In this document: positions 1 through 8,712 of the stretch, in pieces
Layout: every line of letters begins with the position of its first letter
Numbering within the stretch: position 1 is the first letter of the stretch
Notes under the pieces: model-generated
Database searches by the model: none
Told to the model about the DNA's origin: nothing
The model's input: only the letters and a program-made list of their open reading frames with translations
From: an uncultured Candidatus Saccharibacteria bacterium
GTDB taxonomy: Bacteria > Patescibacteriota > Minisyncoccia > Phycocordibacterales > Zambryskibacteraceae
Reading direction: 5' to 3'
NCBI GenBank assembly: GCA_964383705.1
Contig: CAYLHJ010000006.1
Location: 1-50,218, forward strand
Length of the DNA stretch: 50,218 nucleotides
Program-made: the position numbers and the translations under genes

Positions 1-21
1 ACCCAGATTTTTAGAAGCAAG

Positions 22-54
22 AAAAAAGAGCGCCACACTTTCATGCAGCGCTCT
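22..54 (-). terminator. Intrinsic terminator for ORF 62-523
   Basis: AGAGCGC...GCGCTCT stem preceded on + by an A-run (U-tail on minus). Confidence 0.55.
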
Positions 55-61
55 CAGAGTT

Positions 62-523
62 TTAACGACGAGAAGCGTAGCGAGAATCCCGGATCAGGTT
101 CGGCGCATTGTTGGTATTGAAGACCTCAGTCTGACTCTTGGGGTGCTTTGCGAAAAGCGCAAGAGTCCAGACGGGGTATCCATTGCTACGATTTAACGTT
201 CCAAGTATCCGCCATCCAGTCCAGTTCACTGTCGCGTCTGCTTTCAGGATGTCTTTCAGGAAAGCCAGAACCTTCTCGGGTGGTGCCAGCTTGGCCCAGG
301 AATCAAGACCGAGTTCACCCTGAACTCCGTGTTCCTTGAAACAGCGCCGTCCGTGTTCAAACTGGTGTTGCATGATGCGATCATGATCCCACCCCATCAT
401 CTGATCCAGATCCGAATCGTATTCGTCTGGAAACTGATATTGAGCAATGAGCATGTATGATGCATTGCCCAAAGATCCCATGGCGCCATACCGTGGCGCC
501 TCGGCCTGATAGACTCTCGCCAT
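62..523 (-). CDS. Hypothetical protein (153 aa), GC-richer than surroundings
   Basis: Clean ORF; minus-strand TTGACT-N16-TATTAT promoter at 592-565, AAGGA SD, downstream terminator. Confidence 0.7.
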   Translation of the reverse strand: MARVYQAEAPRYGAMGSLGNASYMLIAQYQFPDEYDSDLDQMMGWDHDRIMQHQFEHGRRCFKEHGVQGELGLDSWAKLAPPEKVLAFLKDILKADATVNWTGWRILGTLNRSNGYPVWTLALFAKHPKSQTEVFNTNNAPNLIRDSRYASRR

Positions 524-798
524 TTTCTGGTCCTTTCAAGATTGAGAGAGAACTCACTAAGCTGATAATATCATCTTTTTGTGGAAAGTCAAGTATGCAT
601 TATATTAATAGGACAAACAAAAAGTACCAATATATTCCACCTTCTCTTTCACCTCATCTAAATACATCCCGTCAGATAATATTTCCAGAATAACCGACTG
701 GTAGGGACCCAATTTCTGACGAATTGACAATATTGTTTTTTTGTGTAATTTAATAAACAGACAACGATCTTTTCACTTACATTCTAGGAGGTTCCGCA

Positions 799-1647
799 GT
801 GCAAAACAAAACACTGCTGGGTCTCCTTGGGATTCTCGGCATATGGCTGACAGCGGGACTTGCCCTCCCTTTCGTAAATGTTCTGGATGAATTTACTCCA
901 GGACAGTTGATGGTCTTTCGAGGTTTTCTGACGGCCCTTATGGCGCTCATCGGACTTCGTGGAGTCATCGGAAGGGTAGACAAGTATACCTATCTCATCG
1001 CTCTCACTGTACCCTTTGCAACTCTGGGACTTTTCCAGGGCATTCGTCTCTGGGGCGCTGGTCCGACAATCATTATTATCACCGCGACCCCACTAGTGAA
1101 TTTTTTTATTGGGGCTTTCTTGGGCAGGCATGTTTCAAGAGCTTCAGTAATTGGATTCATGTTAGTTCTTGGCGGTGTAGTGATTGCCAGATGGGGTGGG
1201 CACTTCCATTGGGAAGGATTTCTCTGGACACTCTTCGGAACAATCATGAACGGTGTTCTCTATGAGTGGTTCAGTAGAGCAAAGGCACGCTTTCTTCAGA
1301 AATGTTTCTGGGGAAGTATGGGAATGGGTACGCTCGGACTTATTTTCAGTACGCACACTTCGTGGAATGCAATCGGCGAACCAAAAGTATTACTTACTGT
1401 GCTTGGGTTCGCATTTGTTGGAGGGTTTCTTTACTGGCTTTCTAACCTGATTGCCTTTGAGAATCTTCCAACAACCGAAGCAAGTATTCTTGCTCAAGGA
1501 GAAACTCCAGCGGTTATTCTTGGAGCGAGTCTTCTGCTCGGTGAACACCTTTCCTTCACCTAATGGATTGGTGTTGCGATTGCGCTCTATGGAGGGTGGT
1601 ATCTCTCCAGATGGCTTTCACAAGCAGCAAAGAAACATAATACTTAA
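799..1647 (+). pseudogene. EamA/DMT family transporter interrupted by in-frame TAA at 1561-1563
   Basis: Two EamA-type hydrophobic repeats; frame continues after TAA as WIGVAIALYGGWYLSRW... to TAA 1645-1647; AGGAGG SD, GTG start, TTGACA at 724. Confidence 0.75.
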
Positions 1648-1680
1648 AAGCCTCGCAATACATCGCGAGGCTTTTCTTTT
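1646..1680 (+). terminator. Intrinsic terminator
   Basis: AAAAGCCTCGC-N8-GCGAGGCTTTT plus T-run. Confidence 0.8.
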
Positions 1681-1740
1681 ACAACCAAGTTCTAAACTCA
1701 TACACCCAGGGACCCAGATTAAACTGATATAATTTTTTGC

Positions 1741-2187
1741 ATGTATCCGTTAGAAAAATTCTATATCTATCTCTCTCCGTACACAGCGCATGCTATTGAG
1801 ATTGATGGTGTGGTATATCCAACCATTGAACATGCATATCAATGTCAAAGATATACGGATTCAAAAATTATAGAAGAGATTAGGAACGCACACAGTCCAG
1901 TAAAAGCTTGGGAAGTCTCTTCAAAATATAAATCTCTTCAAATTCCTGAATTTAAAAGCGAAGAATACAAACTTGAGGTTATGAAGAATCTTATGAGATT
2001 AAAAGCGCAGCAGCACGAAGATGTAAGACAGGCTTTAATTGATTCAGGCGAACTCAAAATAGTTAAACATATTGTTACTTACCCGCCTGGTGATGGTTTT
2101 TGGGATGACGGAGAAGATGGTGATGGATTTAATCACACTGGAAGACTTTGGATGGAGATTAGGCAAGAAATTAATTCTCAGCAGTAA
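1741..2187 (+). CDS. NADAR (YbiA/DUF1768) family protein
   Basis: YPTIEHAYQ, K..QH, D.FW..G..G.G.N..G.LWMEIR motifs. Confidence 0.85.
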   Translation: MYPLEKFYIYLSPYTAHAIEIDGVVYPTIEHAYQCQRYTDSKIIEEIRNAHSPVKAWEVSSKYKSLQIPEFKSEEYKLEVMKNLMRLKAQQHEDVRQALIDSGELKIVKHIVTYPPGDGFWDDGEDGDGFNHTGRLWMEIRQEINSQQ

Positions 2188-2314
2188 TTTGCAGTTTTGT
2201 TAATAAATTATTGTTGGTCGGCTCATTTTTATTGACAAATAATATATATCTGACATAATTATTTTAGAATAGTTTCTAGCCCAATTCACCTTCGAAGCTC
2301 TCATTGGGGGGAAT

Positions 2315-2593
2315 ATGTCGCGCTGGCTGTTTTCAACAGGGTGGGCTATCTTGGTGATCACGGTCTTGGTTCTATCCCTAGTCCTCATCGGGACTTTGAT
2401 TCGCCGTTTTTTTCGGTGCCCTTCTTGCCGTAGCTGGAAGAAGCGCAAAGAGGAGAAGTATCATGTAGGTCATTCTCACAAGGGAAACGAATACAAGGAA
2501 GTGTTTGTCTATTGTGGGAAGTGTCCTGACCGCCTCCTCTACCAGCACATCGTGAGGCTCAGCTACAATGGAACCACGGATAGTTGGGAGTAA
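2315..2593 (+). CDS. Small membrane-anchored zinc-ribbon protein
   Basis: N-terminal TM helix, CPSC and CGKC pairs; G-rich SD; terminator AAGAGCACAC-ATCC-GTGTGCTCTT at 2608-2631. Confidence 0.65.
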   Translation: MSRWLFSTGWAILVITVLVLSLVLIGTLIRRFFRCPSCRSWKKRKEEKYHVGHSHKGNEYKEVFVYCGKCPDRLLYQHIVRLSYNGTTDSWE

Positions 2594-2712
2594 CCTTTTC
2601 GCAGTTCAAGAGCACACATCCGTGTGCTCTTTCATTTTATCCAAAAAAGATTCAAATATTTGTAACTGTAATTTGTAAAAATATATGAATTTTAAGCTGA
2701 TATAATTTTATA

Positions 2713-3411
2713 GTGAAATATTATCTCCGACTTATTTCTTTACCACTTTTGCTTTTTGTTCTATATACATCACTTTTTTTGATTTGGCGCTTATTCAATT
2801 TTCCCTCGACAGAGGTTTTAACTGTAATAGTTAGTGAGTGGTTTAATAAATATGGAATACCCGTACTACTCCTTGGCTCTTTTCTTGAGGGGGTACTTCT
2901 GGTAGGGAGCTATTTCCCCGGAGTATTTATAATATTTTTAGGAGTGATTGTTGCTGACTCAGCGCTTGAAGCAACTTTGGCTGTTTTCATATCTACCATA
3001 GGTTTGCTTATTGCCCATATTCTCAACTATTTTTTAGGCAAGTACGGTTGGTATAGATTATTGGTGAAATTTGGTATGAGCGAAGCCGTGGAACAATCTA
3101 AAAAACGTTTAGAAAAACAGGGACCAAAAGCAATTTTTTTCAGTTATTGGTTGCCAAGCATTGGAACTATTACTGATACTGCCGCCGGTATCATAGGAAT
3201 CCCTTTTAGGGTTTTTATGAAATATTCACTAGTTTCATCAATATTTTGGTATAGCTTGGTGGGGGCGCTTGTCTTTATTTCTGGGGATACTACGCTTTCT
3301 ATTGCTACTGGTGGCACTGGAATGATTTTTGTTTACGCAGTTATTTTTGTTTGGATGTCTATCTTAATAGTCGTTGACTATATTGAAAGGAAGAAAATAT
3401 CTCATAATTAA
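2713..3411 (+). CDS. DedA/VTT family membrane protein
   Basis: LEG...G.YFPG, NYFLGKYG, AAGIIG.PF..F motifs. Confidence 0.85.
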   Translation: MKYYLRLISLPLLLFVLYTSLFLIWRLFNFPSTEVLTVIVSEWFNKYGIPVLLLGSFLEGVLLVGSYFPGVFIIFLGVIVADSALEATLAVFISTIGLLIAHILNYFLGKYGWYRLLVKFGMSEAVEQSKKRLEKQGPKAIFFSYWLPSIGTITDTAAGIIGIPFRVFMKYSLVSSIFWYSLVGALVFISGDTTLSIATGGTGMIFVYAVIFVWMSILIVVDYIERKKISHN

Positions 3412-3446
3412 AATCTTACTTTATATGTTTTTGATATAATTAATAT

Positions 3447-3902
3447 ATGTCTATAGAAACAATTGATATAAAACTTATTCAATTTTTTAAAAAAATTTCA
3501 ATTCCCATCGCAAGAATCGCTCTTTTTGTTGTTTTCTTCTGGTTCGGCTTACTCAAAGTTATTGGATTGAGTCCTGCGAGCGGGGTTGTCGAGCGTCTTT
3601 TTGAAAGTACGATTCCATTTATGAGTTTTGGCACTTTTATTATTATCTTCGGATTATTTGAGTGCTTGATTGGTATTTTGTTTTTGATTCGAGGGATGGA
3701 GCGTATTGTCATTCCACTTCTTTTTATTCACATGGTGACTACATTTGGTCCTCTCATTTTCTTACCATCTGAAACATGGCAATCTTTCTTGGTCCCAACA
3801 CTTGAGGGTCAATACATAATAAAAAATCTTGCCATTATTGCTGCAGGAGTTGTAGTGGCTGCGAATCTCCACCCAATTCGTGCCTCAAGACAATCTTTAT
3901 AA
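3447..3902 (+). CDS. DoxX/YkgB-like membrane protein
   Basis: VFFWFGLLK and TLEGQYIIKN motifs, 4 TM helices. Confidence 0.75.
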   Translation: MSIETIDIKLIQFFKKISIPIARIALFVVFFWFGLLKVIGLSPASGVVERLFESTIPFMSFGTFIIIFGLFECLIGILFLIRGMERIVIPLLFIHMVTTFGPLIFLPSETWQSFLVPTLEGQYIIKNLAIIAAGVVVAANLHPIRASRQSL

Positions 3903-3973
3903 ATTATTACATATAAGATTAGGGTTCATAAAATTTGCTATTATTTTCATTGGAAAATCACAAAGGAGGATTT

Positions 3974-4202
3974 GTGCGTATTGATAGAGATGTCATGGCA
4001 ATGAACCAAAGAGAGCTTCGACATGAAGTCATGAGGTTGAGGGGCGCTTTTCGCAAGGAATTGAGAGATACTGGTAATCGTAGGTGTTGGATAAATCTCC
4101 TTCAAGCTTTGCCAGAGGGGGAGACGATTAAACCCCCTCTCGCTTCCGGAAAACGAGTTTCTTGCTAATTGCCGGCGCTATCATGCCAGAAACTCTGTGT
4201 AA
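3974..4202 (+). pseudogene. Small hypothetical protein, apparently frameshifted at C5 run 4133-4137
   Basis: AGGAGG SD plus GTG 3974; +1 frame after the C-run gives LSLPENEFLANCRRYHARNSV* ending at 4202. Confidence 0.5.
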
Positions 4203-4318
4203 AAAGAATTAGACAAGTTATTTAATCGGGCTATACTGTTCGTAGTAGTACCCTGGTGCACTATGCCTCTGAGTCGCCAGGTTTTCTTCACAAGAGGCAC
4301 CCCTCAAGCGAGGTATCT

Positions 4319-4405
4319 ATGCCGAAGACGGTCGCCCCCTGCATGAATTCGCCGAACGTCCGCCGGATCCGCACCATGAAGCCCACCGCCGCCCGGCCCG
4401 CCTAG
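4319..4405 (+). CDS. Putative 28-aa peptide MPKTVAPCMNSPNVRRIRTMKPTAARPA
   Basis: GAGGT SD, high-GC3 codons, upstream TAGACA-N16-TATACT promoter (4210-4237), downstream terminator. Confidence 0.5.
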   Translation: MPKTVAPCMNSPNVRRIRTMKPTAARPA

Positions 4406-4432
4406 CAACAACGGCCGGCTACGCCTAAGGGG

Positions 4433-4461
4433 AACCCGCAACTAGAATAGTTGCGGGTTTT
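4433..4461 (+). terminator. Intrinsic terminator
   Basis: AACCCGCAACTA-GAA-TAGTTGCGGGTT plus T-run. Confidence 0.8.
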
Positions 4462-4540
4462 CTGTTTTTAAGTGGATAATTTTTTGATAATGGCTGATAT
4501 AATTTAATTATTATCAATTTTTATTTTACTATTTTTATTT

Positions 4541-4897
4541 ATGACAAATGAAAAGAAAATAGAATGGATTTTAAGAATTGGTGTTGCTGGAGAATTTTTT
4601 GGGCATGGGGTTTTCGCTCTTCAGGGTAAAGAGGCGTGGATTGGATGGGCACAAAAGCTTTTGGGCCTCGATGCTTCAATGGCGGCGACTTTTATTATGC
4701 TTGTGGGGATTGTAGATGTTTTGCTTGCCATTTCTGTTCTTGTAAAGCCGATGCGTCCACTTTTGCTTTGGATGGCATTTTGGGGCTTCTTAACAGCACT
4801 TGTTCGTCCCCTTGTTGGAGATCCAATTTGGGATTTCGTTGAGAGGTGGGCAAACTGGGCGGCACCACTTGCTCTTTACTTCTTTTATAAGAAATAA
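4541..4897 (+). CDS. DoxX-like small membrane protein
   Basis: LRIGVAGEFFGHG and W.FVERWANWAAPLAL; multiple TM helices. Confidence 0.65.
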   Translation: MTNEKKIEWILRIGVAGEFFGHGVFALQGKEAWIGWAQKLLGLDASMAATFIMLVGIVDVLLAISVLVKPMRPLLLWMAFWGFLTALVRPLVGDPIWDFVERWANWAAPLALYFFYKK

Positions 4898-4991
4898 TTC
4901 CTTACTTAGATAATAGGTGGGGTTATAAAATGACGGACCTAAAGGTTCGTCATTTTATATATTCTATTATTTAAATTGTTATACTTTCATT

Positions 4992-5435
4992 ATGAATAAT
5001 TTTGAAGATCCAATAATGCCCCCAGAAGGTGATGCTTATGGCGGTCGGTATGAGTCTGCGGATATTGACATAGAAGAACTCAGAAGATATTTAGTTGATA
5101 CGAAATTTGAAAGTGAAGAAGACATTGCTAATGTTTTAACGGGGACATATTCCATGTCACGAAAAGACGATGTGGGTGACATTGAGGCAAATATGACGAG
5201 AGAATATAAGGTAAGTGATATTAAAGAAAATGCTAAGCGTCTACTAAGAGGAGAAGAGCTCAAGAAAGCAGAAAGCCAGCCTCTTTCTGGTCATGAACCA
5301 CAAGCCGTACTGAGGGTTACTTTGAGGACTCTTGGTGATAAAAGTTTCGATTTGAGAATATTTAAGGTATTTAATCGAAATCAGAATTATAGATTTGAGT
5401 ATGTTTTGGGGCTTTTAAGCGAGGATAAAGAATAG
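4992..5435 (+). CDS. Hypothetical acidic protein
   Basis: Clean ORF; TGTTATACT extended -10 6 nt upstream of ATG. Confidence 0.65.
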   Translation: MNNFEDPIMPPEGDAYGGRYESADIDIEELRRYLVDTKFESEEDIANVLTGTYSMSRKDDVGDIEANMTREYKVSDIKENAKRLLRGEELKKAESQPLSGHEPQAVLRVTLRTLGDKSFDLRIFKVFNRNQNYRFEYVLGLLSEDKE

Positions 5436-5448
5436 TGTAATTTTTATT

Positions 5449-6537
5449 ATGGAGATAAAAATTTTCTCTCGAATAAGAATTTTATTTAATAAATATGAAA
5501 GACATATTTCTTCGACATCTCTTATCTTGGGGTTTGTCGTAGATAATTTAACCTTGCAAAGGATAGATCTTCTTTTTGAAAATATCGTCCTGTTTTCTTA
5601 TTTATTTATTTCTTTAATAAGCATCATAATTTTTAACCTTCATAGGTCTTCAATTATTGAGGGTAAAGTTTTAGATAAATTAAGTCCATTTATTCCAGTT
5701 GTAATTCAGTTTGTTTTCGGCGGACTCTTCAGTGGCTTTATTGTCTTTTACACACGTAGCGCCTCGCTTCTCACAAGCTGGCCATTTCTTTTGATACTTT
5801 TCACTATTTTAATAATGGGGGAGTTATCAAGAGAATTTTATAGAAAATTTAGCTATCAATTAATTGTGTTTTTCATTGCTTTATTTTCTTTCTCTATATT
5901 CTATGTACCAGTTCTTACTAAAAAAATGAACGAATGGATTTTCATTTTAAGTGGAATAATAAGCGTTACCTTAATTTATTTACTTATTCGTCTTTTTATT
6001 ATATTTATCCCCAAATTAGTATATGAAAACTTAAAGATAATCATGTGGGGGACAGGCTCATTCTTTATTCTTATAAATATTTTTTATTTTTCAAATATTT
6101 TGCCGCCAATTCCACTATCACTTAAGGATGGTGGTATTTATCACTCAGTAATTCGCACGCAGAATGGATATGTCCTAAGAGGAGAAGAGAGAAAATTATT
6201 AGATTTATTTCGACTCTATAAACCGATTCATGTGTTTCCTGGCAATCCTATTTATGCCTTTAGTTCAGTATTTGCGCCGACTGATTTAAATACAGAGATT
6301 GTCCACGAATGGCAGTATTACGATAAAAAAGAGGACGCATGGGTTACCATAAGCACTATTAAATTCCCTATAGTTGGAGGAAGTGATGGAGGTTACCGTG
6401 GGTATTCATTTAAAGAAAATTTATTCCCCGGGAAATGGAGGGTCAATGTTAATAACACTCGTAATCAAGTCATTGGTAGACTTAAATTTAGGGTAACACA
6501 AGGTCGGCCGTTAAATATGGAAGATAAGGTTTACTAG
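5449..6537 (+). CDS. DUF2914 domain-containing membrane protein
   Basis: Multi-TM N-terminus; C-terminal VFAP..L...I.H.W, GG..GGYRGYS.K, G.WRV.V. Confidence 0.8.
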   Translation: MEIKIFSRIRILFNKYERHISSTSLILGFVVDNLTLQRIDLLFENIVLFSYLFISLISIIIFNLHRSSIIEGKVLDKLSPFIPVVIQFVFGGLFSGFIVFYTRSASLLTSWPFLLILFTILIMGELSREFYRKFSYQLIVFFIALFSFSIFYVPVLTKKMNEWIFILSGIISVTLIYLLIRLFIIFIPKLVYENLKIIMWGTGSFFILINIFYFSNILPPIPLSLKDGGIYHSVIRTQNGYVLRGEERKLLDLFRLYKPIHVFPGNPIYAFSSVFAPTDLNTEIVHEWQYYDKKEDAWVTISTIKFPIVGGSDGGYRGYSFKENLFPGKWRVNVNNTRNQVIGRLKFRVTQGRPLNMEDKVY

Positions 6538-6593
6538 TGGTTTTAAGGGTATTTAATTTGTTATAATCACACTTATTATTTTCACGAGGGCTT

Positions 6594-7190
6594 ATGGATA
6601 AAAATAAAATAGTTGTCGGAGGCATTATAGTTTTTATTATTATCGCGGTCTTTATCTGGTGGCCTGGTCGTGTCGGTATTGATGATGGTAGTCAAAATAA
6701 GGTCCTCTTAGAAAATTCAAAAGATAATGGAGACCTTTCCTTTGAAATATTGCCTGATATCAAAAACCAGGAGTACACCATTGATGAAAGAAAAATAAAA
6801 CTTCAAAATGGTGAAGCAAAAACAGCGCTTGTGGGGGGTGGTTCTGCTTTAGGAGAAACCAAAGTTCTTGATGGACCAGCTTATGCTGACATAGATGGTG
6901 ATAATTATAAGGATGCGGTTGTAATTCTTCGTGATGAGCCGGGGGGTAGCGGTCTTTTTTACCATGTAGCGGCCGTTGTGACCGATTCAGGCAATACCCA
7001 CGCAACCAATTCAGTGTTCCTGGGTGACAGAATTCGTATTAAATCAATTAGTATAGGAAGAGATGACATTACAATAGTTACTCTTACTAGGATGCCAAAT
7101 GAGCCATTTGCTACAATGCCAACCGTAGAAAAGGTGGTGACGCTAAAATATGAGGGTGGTTTGTTGGTTGAAAAAACTGAATCTCTCTAA
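6594..7190 (+). CDS. Membrane-anchored/secreted hypothetical protein
   Basis: N-terminal TM; DIDGD..KD and PGGSG.F.....V...LGDRI motifs. Confidence 0.75.
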   Translation: MDKNKIVVGGIIVFIIIAVFIWWPGRVGIDDGSQNKVLLENSKDNGDLSFEILPDIKNQEYTIDERKIKLQNGEAKTALVGGGSALGETKVLDGPAYADIDGDNYKDAVVILRDEPGGSGLFYHVAAVVTDSGNTHATNSVFLGDRIRIKSISIGRDDITIVTLTRMPNEPFATMPTVEKVVTLKYEGGLLVEKTESL

Positions 7191-7219
7191 GGAGTAATTT
7201 CCTGTATTATATATAAATT

Positions 7220-8098
7220 ATGCAATGGTTTTTGCTCGCGCTCCTGAGCGCCATCTTTCTTTCGGCATCATCAATAATAGAGAAGCAGGTTTTAAAAAAA
7301 GTTCATGCTATGGATTTTTCTTCAGCTCATGCAGTTCTGAACTTTTTTCTCTCTCTTCCGTTTATATTTTTTATTGACTGGCAGGAGGTTACTGGAATAA
7401 TTATTCTTTTTACGCTTACGGCTTCACTTTTTTCTGCTTTAGCTTTTTTGCTTTCAGCAAAAGGAGTTCGTCATCTTGAGTTGAGCACTGTTTCGCCCTT
7501 ATTATCGCTTAGTCCTGGAGTAACGGCTGTCATTGCTTTTCTTGTGCTTGGCGAGAAACTCCATTTTCTAGGTATTGTTGGAATTGGCTTTATGATTATT
7601 GGCTCATATATTTTAAGTAGCCATCCTCATCAAAAATTACTCGATCCTCTCCGTACAACTATTCGTTCCAAATATATCTATTTTATTTTCTTGGCGATTA
7701 TTTTTTATTCAATTGGCTCAATCTTTGACAGGGCAATACTGCATACTTTCTCAACAGCACTTCCTATCTATTTTCTTTTCGTTCATTTTTTCATTGCTCT
7801 CCTTTTTATTCCAATTTCAGGGATATTTGGCTTTGGTCTTAAGGGGATAAGGCAGGGTTTTCGTGATGGTGGGATAGGTCTTTTCTCTGTATCAATTTTA
7901 TCGATGATCTCTACATTTTTTCAAATGTTCGCTATTCAGCTTGTTCCCGTCGCGCTTGTGTCGGGGGTGAAGAGATCATCATCATTTTTTACGACTATTA
8001 TTGCTGGCGAGCTTTTTCATGAAAATAATCTAAAAAGAAAAATTATCGCTTCTTGCATTATCATTGTTGGTTCATTTTTTATTGCTTTTGGATTTTGA
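7220..8098 (+). CDS. EamA/DMT family transporter
   Basis: About 10 TM helices, duplicated EamA repeat (LGEKL, ELFHE). Confidence 0.85.
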   Translation: MQWFLLALLSAIFLSASSIIEKQVLKKVHAMDFSSAHAVLNFFLSLPFIFFIDWQEVTGIIILFTLTASLFSALAFLLSAKGVRHLELSTVSPLLSLSPGVTAVIAFLVLGEKLHFLGIVGIGFMIIGSYILSSHPHQKLLDPLRTTIRSKYIYFIFLAIIFYSIGSIFDRAILHTFSTALPIYFLFVHFFIALLFIPISGIFGFGLKGIRQGFRDGGIGLFSVSILSMISTFFQMFAIQLVPVALVSGVKRSSSFFTTIIAGELFHENNLKRKIIASCIIIVGSFFIAFGF

Positions 8099-8170
8099 CT
8101 TTTATTCCTTCGGGTGTAAATTGTAATTTGAAGTTTTTTCAAGTTCTTTTAATCCAAAAGGAGATGTTCC

Positions 8171-8629
8171 ATGAATCAGAGGAATGGCCGAAGCAATACG
8201 GTGGGGCTCAGTGGTGATTGTATCAATTCCCATACGAGCCCGAATGGGGGAACCAACGGTCATGCCAAGCGTGGCAGAAGCGAGAAGTCAGAGAACTCTC
8301 ACAATGGGACAGTCCTTGTCTCAAGGGGTACACGAATCAATGTCGGCCCCAGATGTTTTGAGCTTCATGCAGGAGTCTGGGGAGATTTCAGAGGATTGCG
8401 TGGAAACTTCAGTGGAGTCTACGGGAACGTTACTGGCTGTCGTGGAGATGTCAGCCAGGTCACTGGTGACATGACCTACATCACGGGGGATGTGACAGCC
8501 GTGAAGGATTGCGTTACTGACATCGAAGGCGATGTCACAGGCAAGACCGATTTTCGTGGAAGACTTCCTCGGAAGCATCGGTCAAGGGTCTTCCCGCACA
8601 TGTTTTCCTTGTCTCCTAAGGATGGATGA
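8171..8629 (+). CDS. Heptapeptide-repeat protein
   Basis: Eight 7-aa repeats (G/x-V-x-G-D/N-V-T); AAGGAG SD; TTGACT at 8095. Confidence 0.7.
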   Translation: MNQRNGRSNTVGLSGDCINSHTSPNGGTNGHAKRGRSEKSENSHNGTVLVSRGTRINVGPRCFELHAGVWGDFRGLRGNFSGVYGNVTGCRGDVSQVTGDMTYITGDVTAVKDCVTDIEGDVTGKTDFRGRLPRKHRSRVFPHMFSLSPKDG

Positions 8630-8638
8630 TTAGGCCTT

Positions 8639-8684
8639 GTAGCCCGAACGCGTTTTTTTATGCGTTCGGGCTGCTTTCTTTTTT
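8639..8684 (+). terminator. Intrinsic terminator
   Basis: GTAGCCCGAACGCG...TGCGTTCGGGCTGC plus T-run. Confidence 0.75.
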
Positions 8685-8712
8685 AGATAATCCCAGATAT
8701 TCTGATATGGAA

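Noticed and set aside
1561-1563. Alternative genetic code (stop reassignment)
   Set aside because: Core genes are full-length in code 11 and end in TAA/TAG/TGA normally; the internal stop is isolated
8626-8712. N-terminal extension of the methyltransferase (similar extensions in argS, tatD, recO, 42184, 34484)
   Set aside because: Extensions cross terminators, promoters or upstream genes; downstream ATGs fit better
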